Origin: Phoronis australis
Taxonomy: Eukaryota > Animalia > Phoronida
DNA: 64,000 bases
Reading direction: 5' to 3'
Assembly: GCA_002633005.1 (NCBI GenBank)
Contig: NMRA01000123.1
Span: 47,666-111,665 of the forward strand
The notes under the pieces are model-generated. The model was not told the DNA's origin and ran no database searches. It saw nothing but the letters and a program-made list of their open reading frames with translations. This document shows positions 1-14,100 of this stretch, piece by piece. Positions within the stretch are counted from its first letter, which is position 1. Every line of letters starts with the position of its first letter. The translations under genes were made by a program, and so were the position numbers.

Positions 1-3000
1 CACGAATATAAGGGTCTTCAAGGGCAAACTTGAACTAGAAACTCCTATGCATAAACTACATGTATAATGTATTCGAGCACAGTCTGGTAACCAATTATCT
101 TAAGTTAGCACAAAAGGAGTAGAGAAATTGCCAAAAATAGTTTCGAGTTTGTTTCGAATACAAAGATTAGAGACCGGGCCCTGGCTACTCAAAATCTTGG
201 ATCCGCCCCTGCACACGGTGTGAGTAAGATATCCATCTTTTTCGGTAGTGCGTTTGGTATTGGCTGATCTTTTATTTACAAAATATATATTAAAACATGG
301 TTTTATTTCACATGTGGACGCGGTCGAAATTTTACCTTAAAACGAAGGAAAATGTGATGTATTTGACAGTAAAGTACATAATTACCATGCGTCAAAACTG
401 ACTTTGGCGTAAATCCGATAATTTACGGTATTGAACTGTAGGTCTACTTCGGGTTTGTTGCTGGCAAAAACATCTATGTCAAGTTCTTAATTACGGAGAT
501 ATATTTTTATTTACCCAGTAGATAAAACTTTGCCAATCTCAGCGGAAAACAACCACTTCGTCCGTTGAATAACACCATAGCTGCAAGTTTTCAGTGTTGT
601 CGCTTGACAGCCGCGCTAATTGCTGTTTTCTAGTGAATGCATGTTTTGTGCAATAACTCGCTGACTTAAATCTTATTGTCAACATTTTGGCATGAACCAG
701 ATGTTCATAGACGGTCAAACAATACAAACGAAATTTCCGATTCCTACATCAAAAGTTGAAATTCAAACTATAATGCCGTTTGATTGTTTTGTGCCGTAAC
801 CGTTTTTAGTACGGTGTATAATTTAGCTAACAGCTCCAGTGAAATTTGTTGGATCTCACAGGGCGAGACGGCGTCAGTCGGCGTCAGTGTTGGTCTTGGA
901 AGGAAGAGATAATAATAGTCACATTCAAAGGAACATGACTTAAGCAACAAGGAAAGAATTCTCAGTTGTACCAACTTCTTTCCCGTCCTTAAAAGGTGAA
1001 AGTCATCGTTGGTGCTGAAAGTACAAATCCTCCGTTGTCTTCACGGACGGCGCACGTATCATAGGGTGCTGCGGGTTGGGGGAGGCTATAGGGCGGCCCC
1101 CACTTATTTCAATGCTGCGCCGCCCATGATCTTAGAAACGTATGCAAGCTTTATTGTTGTCCAACTGAGCCTTAATGCAAACAACCAGTGTATGACGTAT
1201 TCGGCCCAACAATGAAGTTCCCCGTCTCTTGTTTCTGCTTTCGCTTTAATTGAGCAAGCACAGGGTCGATTCACCGCTCACACCCACCTCTCGAAAAGCG
1301 TCTCTACATCTGCTGCGCGTCGCTTTACCCCGCACTCGAACACGTACTACACCCTAAATAGGGAAGAAAGGTGTGACGTCCCTGTGCTTGCGGTAGTCTA
1401 GATTTCGCCATCTTGATTCTAAATTTGACACTTCTGTATGGGAACGTACATTTGTCTAAATGTTGTGACTGGATCATCAGGTAAACTGTTTTACAAAACA
1501 CGTGACTAAAATGCTAATCCATATGGTTCGCTGCTACTGGAGCATCGAATTGCTTTTACTGAATTTTGCCGGTTTAAAAAATGTGTGAATGAAAATGATG
1601 GCCTCTACCATTTTGTTTTGCTCGAATTTATGGGTGACGTAAGATCCTTCCGTCCGTATTGGTTTGACACTCAAGAAATTTTCAATGTTGCATAGTGGCT
1701 CGCAGTGCTGGCTTAAAAAAGTAGAAAAGATGAGAGGGTCGGGTTCAAACGCTCGTCACTCCGACTCGGGCCAGAACATAGGTTAGCGACTCTACATTTC
1801 GAAAACAAGGTCAACCAAACAGTGTGTTTTATATACCTCCGTATATGATGTGCGTAGAATTCGAGGTGTTTGGTTTGCTGAGTGAGTATCAGTGAAAGCG
1901 GAAACCAAGTGCGGGGAACTGTGTTGGGCCTCAGATAGATATCTGAGGTTGGGCCGATTACGTCACTTCACTTTCGTGGCATGAGGGCAAGGGGAATTTT
2001 ATTTAGCATAAAATTTAACGTGTCTAACATATCTGGGGTTCATTTATTATTATATTTTTGATAACAGCAAACCTCAAAAGGTTGATTTCTTCCGTCTTGG
2101 AACAACTGAGATGCCAAGAACTGAACAAGGCAAAACAATATGTGCGTTTACCTCCTTATCGTTGTTTGTTAGCCTCTATACTTAAACGAGATGAGACGTC
2201 TGCTCTAGTTTACTGCTCAAGGATGGCTTTGCTATTTAGACTGAACGCAGTTTGATTGCTGCGGCAATTAACACGTTGCACTGAGTGCTATTCTTGGTGG
2301 TCTGCAGGCGTGGAGGCATCGTGATTCCGGTGGAAATACATTTAATTCTGGTGGACAAGAGATTCTTTTACCATAATCATTTAGAAGAGGTTCAAGGGTG
2401 CGTGGGTGGNNNNNNNNNNNNNNNNNNNNNNNNNNNNNNNNNNNNNNNNNNNNNNNNNNNNNNNNNNNNNNNNNNNNNNNNNNNNNNNNNNNNNNNNNNN
2501 NNNNNNNNNNNNNNNNNNNNNNNNNNNNAATTTTATTGCGTTTATAGAATTCTTTTGCTCACTGATGTTCAATTTTTGCATCGCTAAGTTTGTCGTCAAT
2601 GTCACTGAACTCCACGTTTATTTATAACTATAACTGAGCCTTTGTTTCATTAAAAATGAAAACTGGAGAAATGTCCAAATTTGGCCAATTACAGGACACA
2701 GGTGTCAGAAATGGCTGATCGAATTCAAACGAAACTGTTTTGGTTAAAAAAATCCGCATTTGTTTTGGGGGACTGTAAGAAAATAGGACTTTATGATTTT
2801 CAGGAAAAAAAACTCACTCAGAAGTTGACTAATACGAAATGATAGTTTAATAACTGTAACAGTAGTTTTGAGATTTCATCGCGAAAATTAAAATTAAACG
2901 CCGAGAATTTAGGGAACGCAGCTGAGTCCCTATTGGGACTGTTTCATGCATCCGGACATTAGTTGCCAATAATTCTCCAGTTGGCAACCACCTCTCCACC

Positions 3001-5736
3001 GACATTCCTTACTGCAAATAGTAAAGTACTGTATCATGCTAGTTGTGTAAACAAATGACTAATACACGATTTTTTCAACGCCCGGCCATCCCAATTTCGT
3101 TACAGATTTACAAAACGTTCTGCTCGGCTTTGTTTATTTTTTTCACGAAACTAAAGCATTGGAAACATCCCTCTTATATACATGTAGAGGGATACAATCG
3201 GTGATGCCCAGAAGAGGATTGGTTGCGTGGGTAGATAATTCGCGTCGGCAACTGGCTAGAAGAGAATTCAGGGCGGCCAAGGAGAATGTTGGAGAGGACT
3301 CTAGGAAGAGTTAGATCCTTCATTTTAACTGCGACCAGTTCACCTCAAATTTCCAAAATAGGAAGTGGGAAAAGTAAATTAACTTTCCTTTTACGAATCA
3401 CTTTTGTTGCATCCTTGTCCGCATCAAGCAAAGAACGTGGGGCGTTAACTACTGTTCGACAGTTGGAAATCGCTTGTATAGAAACATAATAACTAGCAAT
3501 TAATGGCGTTAATTATCGTTCATCTGCACTAAGACACTAATGTGGTTAACAACCCTAGTTTACAATAACATTTCCACGGAGGTCTCGTGATATAACAGCG
3601 GTCAGTGTTGGTCCACGTGACCACGTGACTGCTGCTGGTTACTAAATATTTGTAAACTAGGTGGACAAACGTAAATATCGCCATCAATTTATTGCATGAC
3701 GGATGGCAAGGAACAAAAGTCCACGCTAAGAGCGTCGTGTGGAGTACTGAGCGGCGTGCATGTGACGTACGTGTGTAGCAAAACCTGTATGTCAAAGCGG
3801 AATGTCACCTCTTGGAAGCGTTTTTTTGATGTAACTTTGGCATTTGTAAACCTCATTAAATCAAGTTTATATTTGACGATTGTGACGTCGTACGCATATT
3901 CAATTAGCATAATACGTCGACAGACTGGTTAGGAAATCCAATCATGTTTGAATTAAGTTTATTTTACGTAATATGAATTCGACGGAGGTAAATGCCCTTG
4001 GTAACAAGACGCTTTACGCTGATTGTTACATACATGTACATGTAGGCCTACACTCTAATAAGGCCTACACTCTAATACACGTTCCATCTGATGATCCCTC
4101 GATTCAAGTTGAAATTACGAAATTTTATTACCGTATACACGTATATGTGTGAGTCATAGAGTCCATACTTTTATAGTCACGTTCAGGCAGTCATAAGATG
4201 TAACCAAGCTTGTGTTTTCCAAAATCTGAAAGTTACTCTTGCCGATACACGTGATGCTCGCAGCAGGAAACTGAATTTACGTTCAACACTTGTACTGCTA
4301 TCCAGATTAATTACTGAGAAGACGAATTCGGCACAACGGATATCAAAACCACACCCCATAGTTGTAATCACTGCCTCTGTTTTGTGCTATTTTAAGTAGA
4401 AAATGGCCCCAAAATAACTCCTGTTACAAATTACCGACCGAGTATTATCATCGTCCTCCCAGGATATGTATTTACTCGAATGTCACGCAATTATTTCAAA
4501 TTGTTACAACGTGTTGTCTGTTTCCTCGCCCCAATAAGGGATTGGGTTTCGTGATCAATCGGTCTCGGCTCGTATTAGTTTGCTGGTTTATCCCAGTCCG
4601 CGTTTTGCTCGCTAGAATAGCATCTTTAAAACGCTAAGCATGTGCGAAAAAAATTAATTTATTTAGATGGATCTTGGCTAAAGCTTCTAGCAAGTAATCG
4701 GGTGCCTGTAACGAAATTTTATACACGCGAACAATTTGGAAGCAAATTGGCTACTAGGAAAGATTGAAAGCCGACATAATTTTCGCCCTTCTGTTTTCAA
4801 TTTCTTAAAATCTAATAAATTAAGGCCACCAGGCGGCGTTAACCCTGACATAGAGCACAACAAGGACAGAAATTCCATTTCAAGCAAAAAAAAAGCTGGT
4901 TTTAAAGTAATGGTGAGTAAGTCCTGTGTGCCGCGCTCCGTCGGTTGACGCTACATTGAATAATGCTGCTGACGTCATCAAAATACGAACTGTCACGCAG
5001 AAGAATGCAAGGCGCGTTTAGAGCAGCGTTGAGCTTGCAAACATGTCTTGTTTGTGCACGCATTGCATTGTTTTTTGTCAGAAGAGTAGATATTGCAACG
5101 AGAGTTCTCAATTTTTGTTCTCAGGCACTTTGTTAGCGAACTGAATGCCATGTGCTGAAAAGAAAAAAATCACGCGTTGGCTGGTTCGGATCAGACTGTT
5201 ACGGGTTGATTTAGGAGCGGCAGTTGCAAGACGAATACTTTAGCCTGTGTTTTTAAAAAGTCTAGACAGCTTTTGAACTCCAATATAGCTTGATGATGCT
5301 GGGGTTGCGTGTTTCGCACCATAGAATCCTGAAAGGAGTGGCTTGTTGGAACTTGAGCAGATTTGTTTCCTAAGAGGTTCCCCAAAAGTAACCAAAGAAT
5401 AGAAATTTTTGTCATATGTCAAATTTCATTATCTCTCTTTCTCTCTGGTCGCCATTTAACTACGACCCGGTCGTATTTTTCTGGCAATTTCGATCGTGTT
5501 GGCAAAAAGTGTTAAGTGCGTGTAATTATAGTTATTGACAAATGAACTCTGACGTAGCAAAGTGGATCAAAACACTGCACGCTCAAATCAGGAAGTCGTT
5601 AATGGATCTCAGATTATTTTCGTATCACGTAGAATAGAAGCATTCGTTGTTACGCGTATCTTGCTTCAGTGTGTTTGTATCCATTGCATTATCTACCCGC
5701 GCAGTTAGAATGGAGTAGTGAAATGAGCTGGTTCTC

Positions 5737-5902
5737 CAGTGCTGTAGTGGGGCGTAGGCGCACGTAGGCGCACGTAGGCGCAGCCAACCACCGTTTGGCA
5801 TTTGAACGTAGCGCCTACGCACCGTAAGTTACATTCAGTGCTCAAGGTGATACGGTTGGCTTTTGGCGCCTACTTACCTATAATTTTACCACTACAGCAC
5901 TG
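5737..5902. mobile_element. hAT-type MITE, 166 bp
   Basis: 14-bp TIR CAGTGCTGTAGTGG/CCACTACAGCACTG, 8-bp TSD tggttctc/tcgttctc (1 mismatch), internal gtaggcgcac repeats. Confidence 0.8.
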
Positions 5903-8900
5903 TCGTTCTCCAAAGAACACTCTGGCGTTCCATATCTGCTTCATCTCCTGCGGGGATGAGAATAACCTCGTATAGAATTTGTGAAAAGGTTAGATTTCAC
6001 AATTTTGTTACTCAAGATGCTATACCGAAGCAGAAGAAAAAAAAACAGGCACAATATTTTCACAAACTGGTTTTCCAAAAGTTTTGAATTCTAATGTTTT
6101 TTTTTGTAAAAAATTAGCATGTTTGAAAAAGTGGGAAAGTTCCTTTAATGATACGTGATTTCATTGGTCATGGTATGGACCATTTTTGACTGCGGCAGGA
6201 GTGTCCAATCGGTAATCTGACACACAAGTCATTTAATCTGAACATATAGACCACTTCGCGTAAATGATCTCTAAAGTAAGCGGCGTAGGAATTGACCAAA
6301 TTAAAGTGAGAGCAATCTGTTCAAACTCACTCGTCTTCAAATTTTAACGAAGACAGAGGCCACCGCAATCCATGAAAGATATCGCCACTGCTCTCCGCTA
6401 TGTTTACGGAATCTACTTCCACGTGACCTGATAGCAAAATTTTAGAAAGACATGAATATTTTTGCTATAAATAATTTAAATTAGCATTTCGCCATGTTTA
6501 CTCAGAGAAAACGAAAATGAAACTAAGTCTTTCACTCTAATAAAATCGGTCTCATTATATTTGTTATCGGGACAGGATTCTATTTCCGTCACTAAAAAGA
6601 ACATCAAAACCATTAACAACCCAAGAAAACGCTTCACAGTTTACTGACGTTGGCTAACCTGGCCTAAAATTGCAAATTCGAAATTACGAACATACGCATA
6701 GCTGTGACTTTAGTTACCAGTCGACTAGAGCGTGGTAAAGCGCTTCGCTTAAACACTTCAATAAACGCAAGGAACATAATCTTCAACCATATTGCAAATA
6801 GTGGTTACCGTATTCTTTGTTAGCTACTAAGCAGTATGTTTTTAGTTAAATTTGATTAGGTGCAATATATTGCCCGCATGTTTCACCTCGTTAGACGTCA
6901 GTTTGTACCCATTATATCAAAATCTATTAAAGTGAGATTCGCGTACACTTTTGGCGGAGTTCCTAGAACCTGCAACTTGGAACAACAATAAAACTAATTT
7001 GAAACATCAAAACAAAGCATGTGAGCGCCATCTCGGAAGTAACACACAATCGTGGAAAACTCATCTTGTCTCATAAATCAGTGAACTCAGGATGTGTACA
7101 CTGAAAATTTGTAGCCGTTCAGTTCATTGTTAGGGTGTCCCACATTGTTTAGAACTAGTTTAACACCCGTTATCCGGTGGAGGAAACTGGTTCTCAAAAT
7201 TCCGATACCCTTGTAAGTGACTAGTAGTCGAAATATGATTTAAAACACTCCTTTCAGTTCATGGTAACTTATTTCTTCAAAGGACCTCCGACAATACCAC
7301 GATAAAAACGGGGTAATCACGTTCCCGGTTTTCAAAAAACGCATGATCTTGGAACTTAGGCTAGACTTGGGGCCAAAGAACATAAAAAGATCTTCAAATA
7401 ACATTATGAACCTAACCGCGGTGACCGACGGCAATACCGGCATACTTCCAACAGCTATTTTGCTTACAAAGAAATGTAATTGGGCAAAGAGTTTAGCTGG
7501 CGGGTATCGTTCATCATTTTAAATTTCAAAACGCCTGTCAATAAATACGACAATGCGAAATTAGCTGATTTAATTTTGTCATTGGTCAGACGCACCCACA
7601 TGACCTTAATAGTGAGTTAAAGCAACAAGAAGTGAAAAGGCGTTTAAGAAGACACTCTGGGCTCCATTCTAGGAAAGGTTTTCAAAAGCGAAAATTAAAA
7701 ACCCCTTTCGCAATTCCTTCGATTTATTGGTAAGTTTTATTCCTAATTCCATTTCTCCGAACCAAATGGTTTTAGAGTGGCTTCGTTGTTAATCGAGAGA
7801 GACTAGTTTGCAGTTTCGGAAGGGCGAGGCTCCGACATCTGGACCTGTATCAGGTTAACTATTGTGAACAGGAAGTGCCATAGAGGATTCTTTTGGGGGG
7901 CCGATTTCATCCACACGTTCACGGAGAGTAGTAGAGTCAGACTGGAGACCATAATATTTGAACAGTGAAGTTATAAAAATAAAAACAGATCAGTGGAATA
8001 TTTTATAAGGTTCGGTATGTTTTTTGTGTTAACATAGAAACATTCTTTGGAATAAATACGCAAGAGGAGTTTTGCGTACGCCGGCACCACACACCAACGC
8101 AAGTTCTAATGCGTCCGACCACAAGATGTTATTGGTCTGAGGTTTCACAAAGTACACATGACCAATCCAGAGAATGCGTTCCATTCCCATACCGTAAATC
8201 CAACAATGAAAGCCGACGTTTACTGTCTCGTTTATCAGTTGTAACATAAATAAACAAAGCGCCCCCGGTGGCCGTTCGTCTTCCTTCGTTCCAACTTACT
8301 GTCCCTACTCCCAACTTACAGGGTGACAATTTCCGAGCTGACGACGTAGTGGAAAAAAAATCTACGTACGCGTTCATTTGTTTGCGGGCCACGTTCAGAC
8401 ATAGACATTCTTGCACACAATCAGAGTATAACTTTGGTTCAGGGGATGAGTGAGGGTTAGGCTAGACTTAGGGATTTTTTGCCGTACATGCTCGCCTTGA
8501 AAATAATGTGCCTGAGCGTGAAACCTCGCACCACCAAGGTGACACTGAGTCCATATCTTATTAAAAAATTAAGGCGTTTAGAAACATTTACAAAATACAA
8601 GAAGCAGCTTTTAAATTAAGTTGTGATTGAAGAATGACATATCCGTTATAAAATTGTAGATGTTGTTGTGTTTTTCAATTTGAACTCAACTAATCTGTTG
8701 AAACTAACTAAGGACTAGATGTAGTGTCACACTCGACATGTATTGTCGAGTGCGGCAACATATGTGACAGCAAAGGGCGACTCGGCCACACTCGCTGAGC
8801 GCTGCTTTCAATTAACTCCTCAAACCCGATTACCATGTTCAAGATGGTCACTTTCTACGTCTTGCAACAAACTTGTTGTTGACTTCAACGTTCTTGAATA

Positions 8901-11182
8901 TTTTAACACCCAAAAATAACTTTGTACGCAGATGTTGGTGAAATAAGGTGGCAAGGGTCAGTATATGGTCAAATACGCCGGGCATTTTACTTTTAATCCA
9001 ACCAGAATCGTAATAATGTCATTCATTATTACTGGCCAACTACAGCGCCATTATAATTCATAATGTCACACAAAATCTAAATGGAATAGGTGCTATTCTT
9101 TTTAGAATGCATGTTCAATGATGATCTTCGTATGCTAGAGCAAACTTGAAGTTTAAGAGGTCGAAATGGACGCCACGAGTATGAATTCTCTCAGCTATTC
9201 AAAACATCACTAAACATCCGCGACGCACGTCTTCATATTCTAAAAGTTTGATGGATATCCGTGGCTGATTTTCCATTTATTCATCGGACGGTACATGTCC
9301 CGTCTAAATAAACCAACATCGGAGAAAAATTTTACCGAAACCAAAAAGACCCGCGACCACTCTTCATGAGAATCCGGATAACGACCAGACACTCCCAAAC
9401 GGATGTAGCCTTCTACGGAAACTCACTTGCGCCTACTCCGCATGCCTTCAGAACAAAATATGAAGGTTTGAATAAATACGTCACTCGATATCTGATATGG
9501 GCGCATGGGCCAAGAATTGTTCACATACGGCAATGACGTCAACAAGCGTAACTAATTTTTCATATGTACGGTAACGACGCCAACATGCGTTTAGCATGAA
9601 GTCATTTTGACGTCATTATGACGTTTTGGACCCAGTGTGAAGGCATTTCTATTCATATTTCGGAGTAAATTGCGTCATCTACTGCCATGACACGTCATCA
9701 CTAAACAACCGAATTGCAACCTTGATGACGTGACAGCGAGCAGACTGGTATGCAAGGCCGTACTTAGGGCACGGACTGGGGCCCAGCATCTTCAAGGGTC
9801 CCGCGCCATCAGCAAAACCCCCAAATACTAATTCCTTTAGGTACACAACTGTCATATAATTCGGTTGCTCCCAGTGGTAGACTGCTCGATGGAAATTTGT
9901 CCACGTCTGTTTCACGTAAACCAGCTAAAACATGATTGGAAAGTAACAATACACGATGTCGTCATGTACACGTGACTGAGAAAAATAACCCGCTAACGTA
10001 AATAGGGTCGGGCGGAAGTAATTATCAACTGCGATTACATATACAGACGTGTTTTTTTTGCGCACCATACTCGTATTAAGCGTTCATTGCCATGCACAGA
10101 ACAACTTACGCCTTACCTGTGTGTGGACGCTCCATTCAAAAGTGGGGTAAGTTGCACTAGCGCAGGCTGTGTGTGAACGGAACTATATAGTGCACTTTGA
10201 TGACGTAAACGAGGTTGTAAGGTCGTTTGCAAAACATTTTACTTTGTGACAAGAAACTCACGATTGTAGCCATTTTCACGAGAGTGCAAAACGTACTTTC
10301 CTCGGTCTGGAAAATGAAGAAAAAACGCCATTATCTTGGTGTAAACAACTGACGTGAAAAAGCTAATTGTCTATCGTATTTTCTTATAGTTGTTATGCAA
10401 ATGTCCCCATTACTCTCGTATTTGTCTTTTCACAATCCACTCTTAACGTCGACAAAAGCGTACGCTGACATCAAGCCTCGACTCCCTGCCCCATACCTAA
10501 AGAGAACGTAGTAACAGTGAATGGTCCCTTAAAATAATGCTCTCGTTTTGTTTTGTTTTGTACGATAGGTCGCAATTTCCACAGTCCCTAGGCCAAGGCC
10601 GCTTTTTACGTTTGTTATGGGCAATGCTTTTTACAAAAATACATCTGTGTACATTTTGCCAAAGGATAAACAGATGTCGCCACATCAGACATGAGTCAGA
10701 GCGGAAAATAGAACTGCACTAATCTCAGGACAGTCGTAGGTACATGCGTCCGCCATATTCCACAGTATGAAATTCAATGCCAAAGTAGGGGGCCCTTTTT
10801 AATGCTTGCTCACAATTTTAAGAACGAAGAACTTTGTTTGCGTGTTTATAGTTGGAGGATAAGCGGCCTGGTGAATATGATATGGCTTGGCTCGAGAGCT
10901 ATTTGTTGCACGCCTTTGTAGCCAAGAAGACAAGAGAGATCACGCATCCAACTACGCTCTGTACCCTGGGTCCAACAGTTACTTAATACGATCATAGAAC
11001 CTGCTACTATGCATTTATGATACCAGGGCATCCACAGAAAAAAATACAGCAGTCCCATCACGCGCTGAAACTCAAGTGAAGAAAAACGGCAAGAGTGAGC
11101 ATTGGTGGACGAACTTCCCTATACGTTTAAAGACAGTTTCTACCTTGACAAAAACCAACAAATCCATTTTACTTTCTTGCAG

Positions 11183-14100
11183 GTTATTTGCTTGGCCGAT
11201 GCCAAACTTATACAATGGATCCAGGAAATGAGTATCTCGTTATGTCAACTGAAGAGTACGAGGACAAACTGGTTCTGCAAAAAACCCTGACTTCTGACGA
11301 CGCGGATGCGGAGCGTGTTCAAAAAGCTTGTAATTTGAACAGGCAGCCCCCCACAGGTATACAGTTGTAGGTTATTGACGATGTCCCGTGTGAGGATTCT
11401 TGAAGAAGGTGTCATTGTAGTAGGAGAGTCTGTCGTACACTGTGCTCTACAAGCGTGTCTCTGTTTGAATATTCAGTGAATTACGCGAATGCTCTATTCA
11501 AATGCACATAGGCCGAATCTATGAATAGGCAGAGCCCTTTCACATCGTTTTGAAACAATTAAAACAACATTAGTACAGAGTGGTTACAGGAATAATGCGT
11601 TCACAGAAATGTTATGACTAGCACTGTAAAAGATGCAACTTCATAGAATATGCTAATATTGAATTTTTGTGAGAGAAAAATCCGCGAAGGTTAACAATAC
11701 CAAAATTAACTTTTCGCCCGGAGGTAGAAAAACTTGTATCGGAATGATGGGCCTACGCTTTCGAAAGGTTTGGGCCACCACATACGGAGATATACGAACT
11801 GAGCAGCCTGCCTGAACAGTAACAGATCTGACAGCGAGGACATTCTGTTTCATATTTTCCTGCGCATTGACGTGAGTTACCTGCTCAGCTATCCTTCGTT
11901 TGAGGACGGTAGCTCAACCCATAATAGCTCTCCGTCTGCGGTTGGCTTTGGCTGTTGAATGTTTTTGAGTTGCGATGGTATACGTATTGTATTGCCGTAA
12001 TTCACCGATTGTTCAACAAACAATAAATCTTTAGTAACATCAAAAAGACGAATATCAAAATAATTTTGCTAATTAGTCATTAGCGCGGCAGCAGTGTACA
12101 GTTGTGGCGTGCTACATTCCAGGTGAATACCGCGGAGAGGGACGGTGGTGTGTTATTGCGGGCTGCGACTTTTCATTGGCATTGGACATTTTGAGTTTGA
12201 AAATTGTTAAGTTTGACTTGATGTTTGTACTTACCCTTGATATCTCAGTTCACGAACGATGCTTGGTTTTGTAGGTTTGGCGGAAGTACACGAAAACTGC
12301 CCGCGTGCAGCTTCGGAAAATGACTGCATTGCAGGACCTATCGGTAAGAGTGAAAAGTACAACTTACAATGTCCCTTGGTATACTGTATAGCTAAAAAGA
12401 GATCCTAGTTTATTCAAAAGTTTGAGAAAATGTTACGTTTATGTACAATTCTTGATTGTTCAGGACGTAGTAGGCGGGTTTAGGGTCACCGTATAATTAA
12501 CATGCCGATTTTAAGGCTTGCAGGTGTTTTCGAAAGCTGTGATTGTCTCCACACTTGCGCCATCTAAAATCTCCGATTGTGATTACACTTTTGAATTGTA
12601 TTTGATCTACTTCGGCACGAAAATGTAGCCAAAACGTAAACGTGAATAACTGCATAATAGTAGTAGCCTATATATGAACACTAAGCACTATGTTGGCCTA
12701 TTAACAGATATGAACGACTTTCCCAACCAGCTCCCTATAGTAAAACAATACATACACAAAACGTACCGAGAGTGGCGTACATGAAGTAATATCCCACGAG
12801 ACATTATTACGCGTAACGACCGAGACCGAAGGTCGAGGCCGATACGAGGAATAATGTCGAGTGGGATATTACCTTATGTACGCCAATCGAGGTACGTTTT
12901 GTATTTATCCCATACGCTTCGAGTTTCTTTCGTTTTTTCCGCAGACTTTTTAAATACTTCACTCAGACTGTTCACGTGGCGGATTACATCCTATATGTAT
13001 GTACTTGGCCGTTAGGCTGCAAGTTTTCTCTAGTAAAAGAAATAGTTTTAAATGTGACGATTTATTACTTGAAAATAGATAACAAAGATGAAAACAAGGG
13101 TAACTTTTCACTGAACTTGTAACATCTCCTGAAAATAGTTAAATAACAACAATATTTGATACTGTAGTTAGGCCTACCGAGGAATCGGCGCCTGAGTTGC
13201 AGACGATAAAATAAAGAGCAAATGAAAACTGAGACAGAACTGTCATATAATTAACAGTCCTGTTTCAGATGTTACGATTGAGACCTGATTGTATGTTGAG
13301 CGTTATTTACACTGCTATTAATGTATTACTTTAAATTGTTTTTCGAAAGTTTGGTGATCGAACCGGCTAATGAGGTCGAGTCGACATTGACCTACCTTTT
13401 GAACTTTCCATGCCAGAGTTCACTGTTGAAGTAGTGCGGGTGGTGAATACGGAAAACTTTATTACATGGCCGTATTTCCCTCGACAGATTCAACGCGTAT
13501 GGTATAAAGTACTGTAGCTATCGCCCCACCCTAAAAAAATTGGAGCAAAATTTCATGAAGTCTGCTAAACGGACAAGCGCGGAATCAACGCCTTAGGCGA
13601 ATTCCATGACAACTGTAGGGAAGGATCGGCCACTGACAAGCCACCTACCATGAATAGCCACACGATATCCTTCCGGTGACACAGTGGAGTATATCGGTGT
13701 TTTAGTTAAATCCTGTTTTTATCATTCAAGTCAGTCGCTGGTGCATTAGAAGGGGACAGAACGAGGATTGGCTTAACTCGGCAAAACAGGGGTTTAATAA
13801 TCTGTTTAGGACATCTCGCCGAGTCATCCAATCGTAGTTTGTCCAAGAATTGCTAACCAATGAGCTCCGTCAAACGCGGCTTCCTTTTCAGAGCAACACC
13901 TCAACGCGTGCAAGATCGGATCGGACACCCACGAGCACGATGAGACTTGGCTCGAACACAAACCCTGTGTTGAAAGATGCCGGTGTTCTTATGGAAAGGT
14001 CGTCTGCAACAAGATTTGTCCCCCCCTCGGAGATCTACCAACTCCTTCGGAACACTGCCCAGAGCCCCACTTTACTCCGCATCAGTGCTGTCAACGTCTT

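Noticed and set aside
1390-1480. First exon of the VWC gene (YY1-like CGCCATCTT, donor at 1481)
   Set aside because: Plausible promoter-like sequence, but no signal peptide or linking exon to 11183 could be found, so it was left unassigned.
1692-1775. tRNA-like A box and B box (tggctcgcagtg...gggttcaaac)
   Set aside because: No cloverleaf can be built; at most an old SINE remnant.
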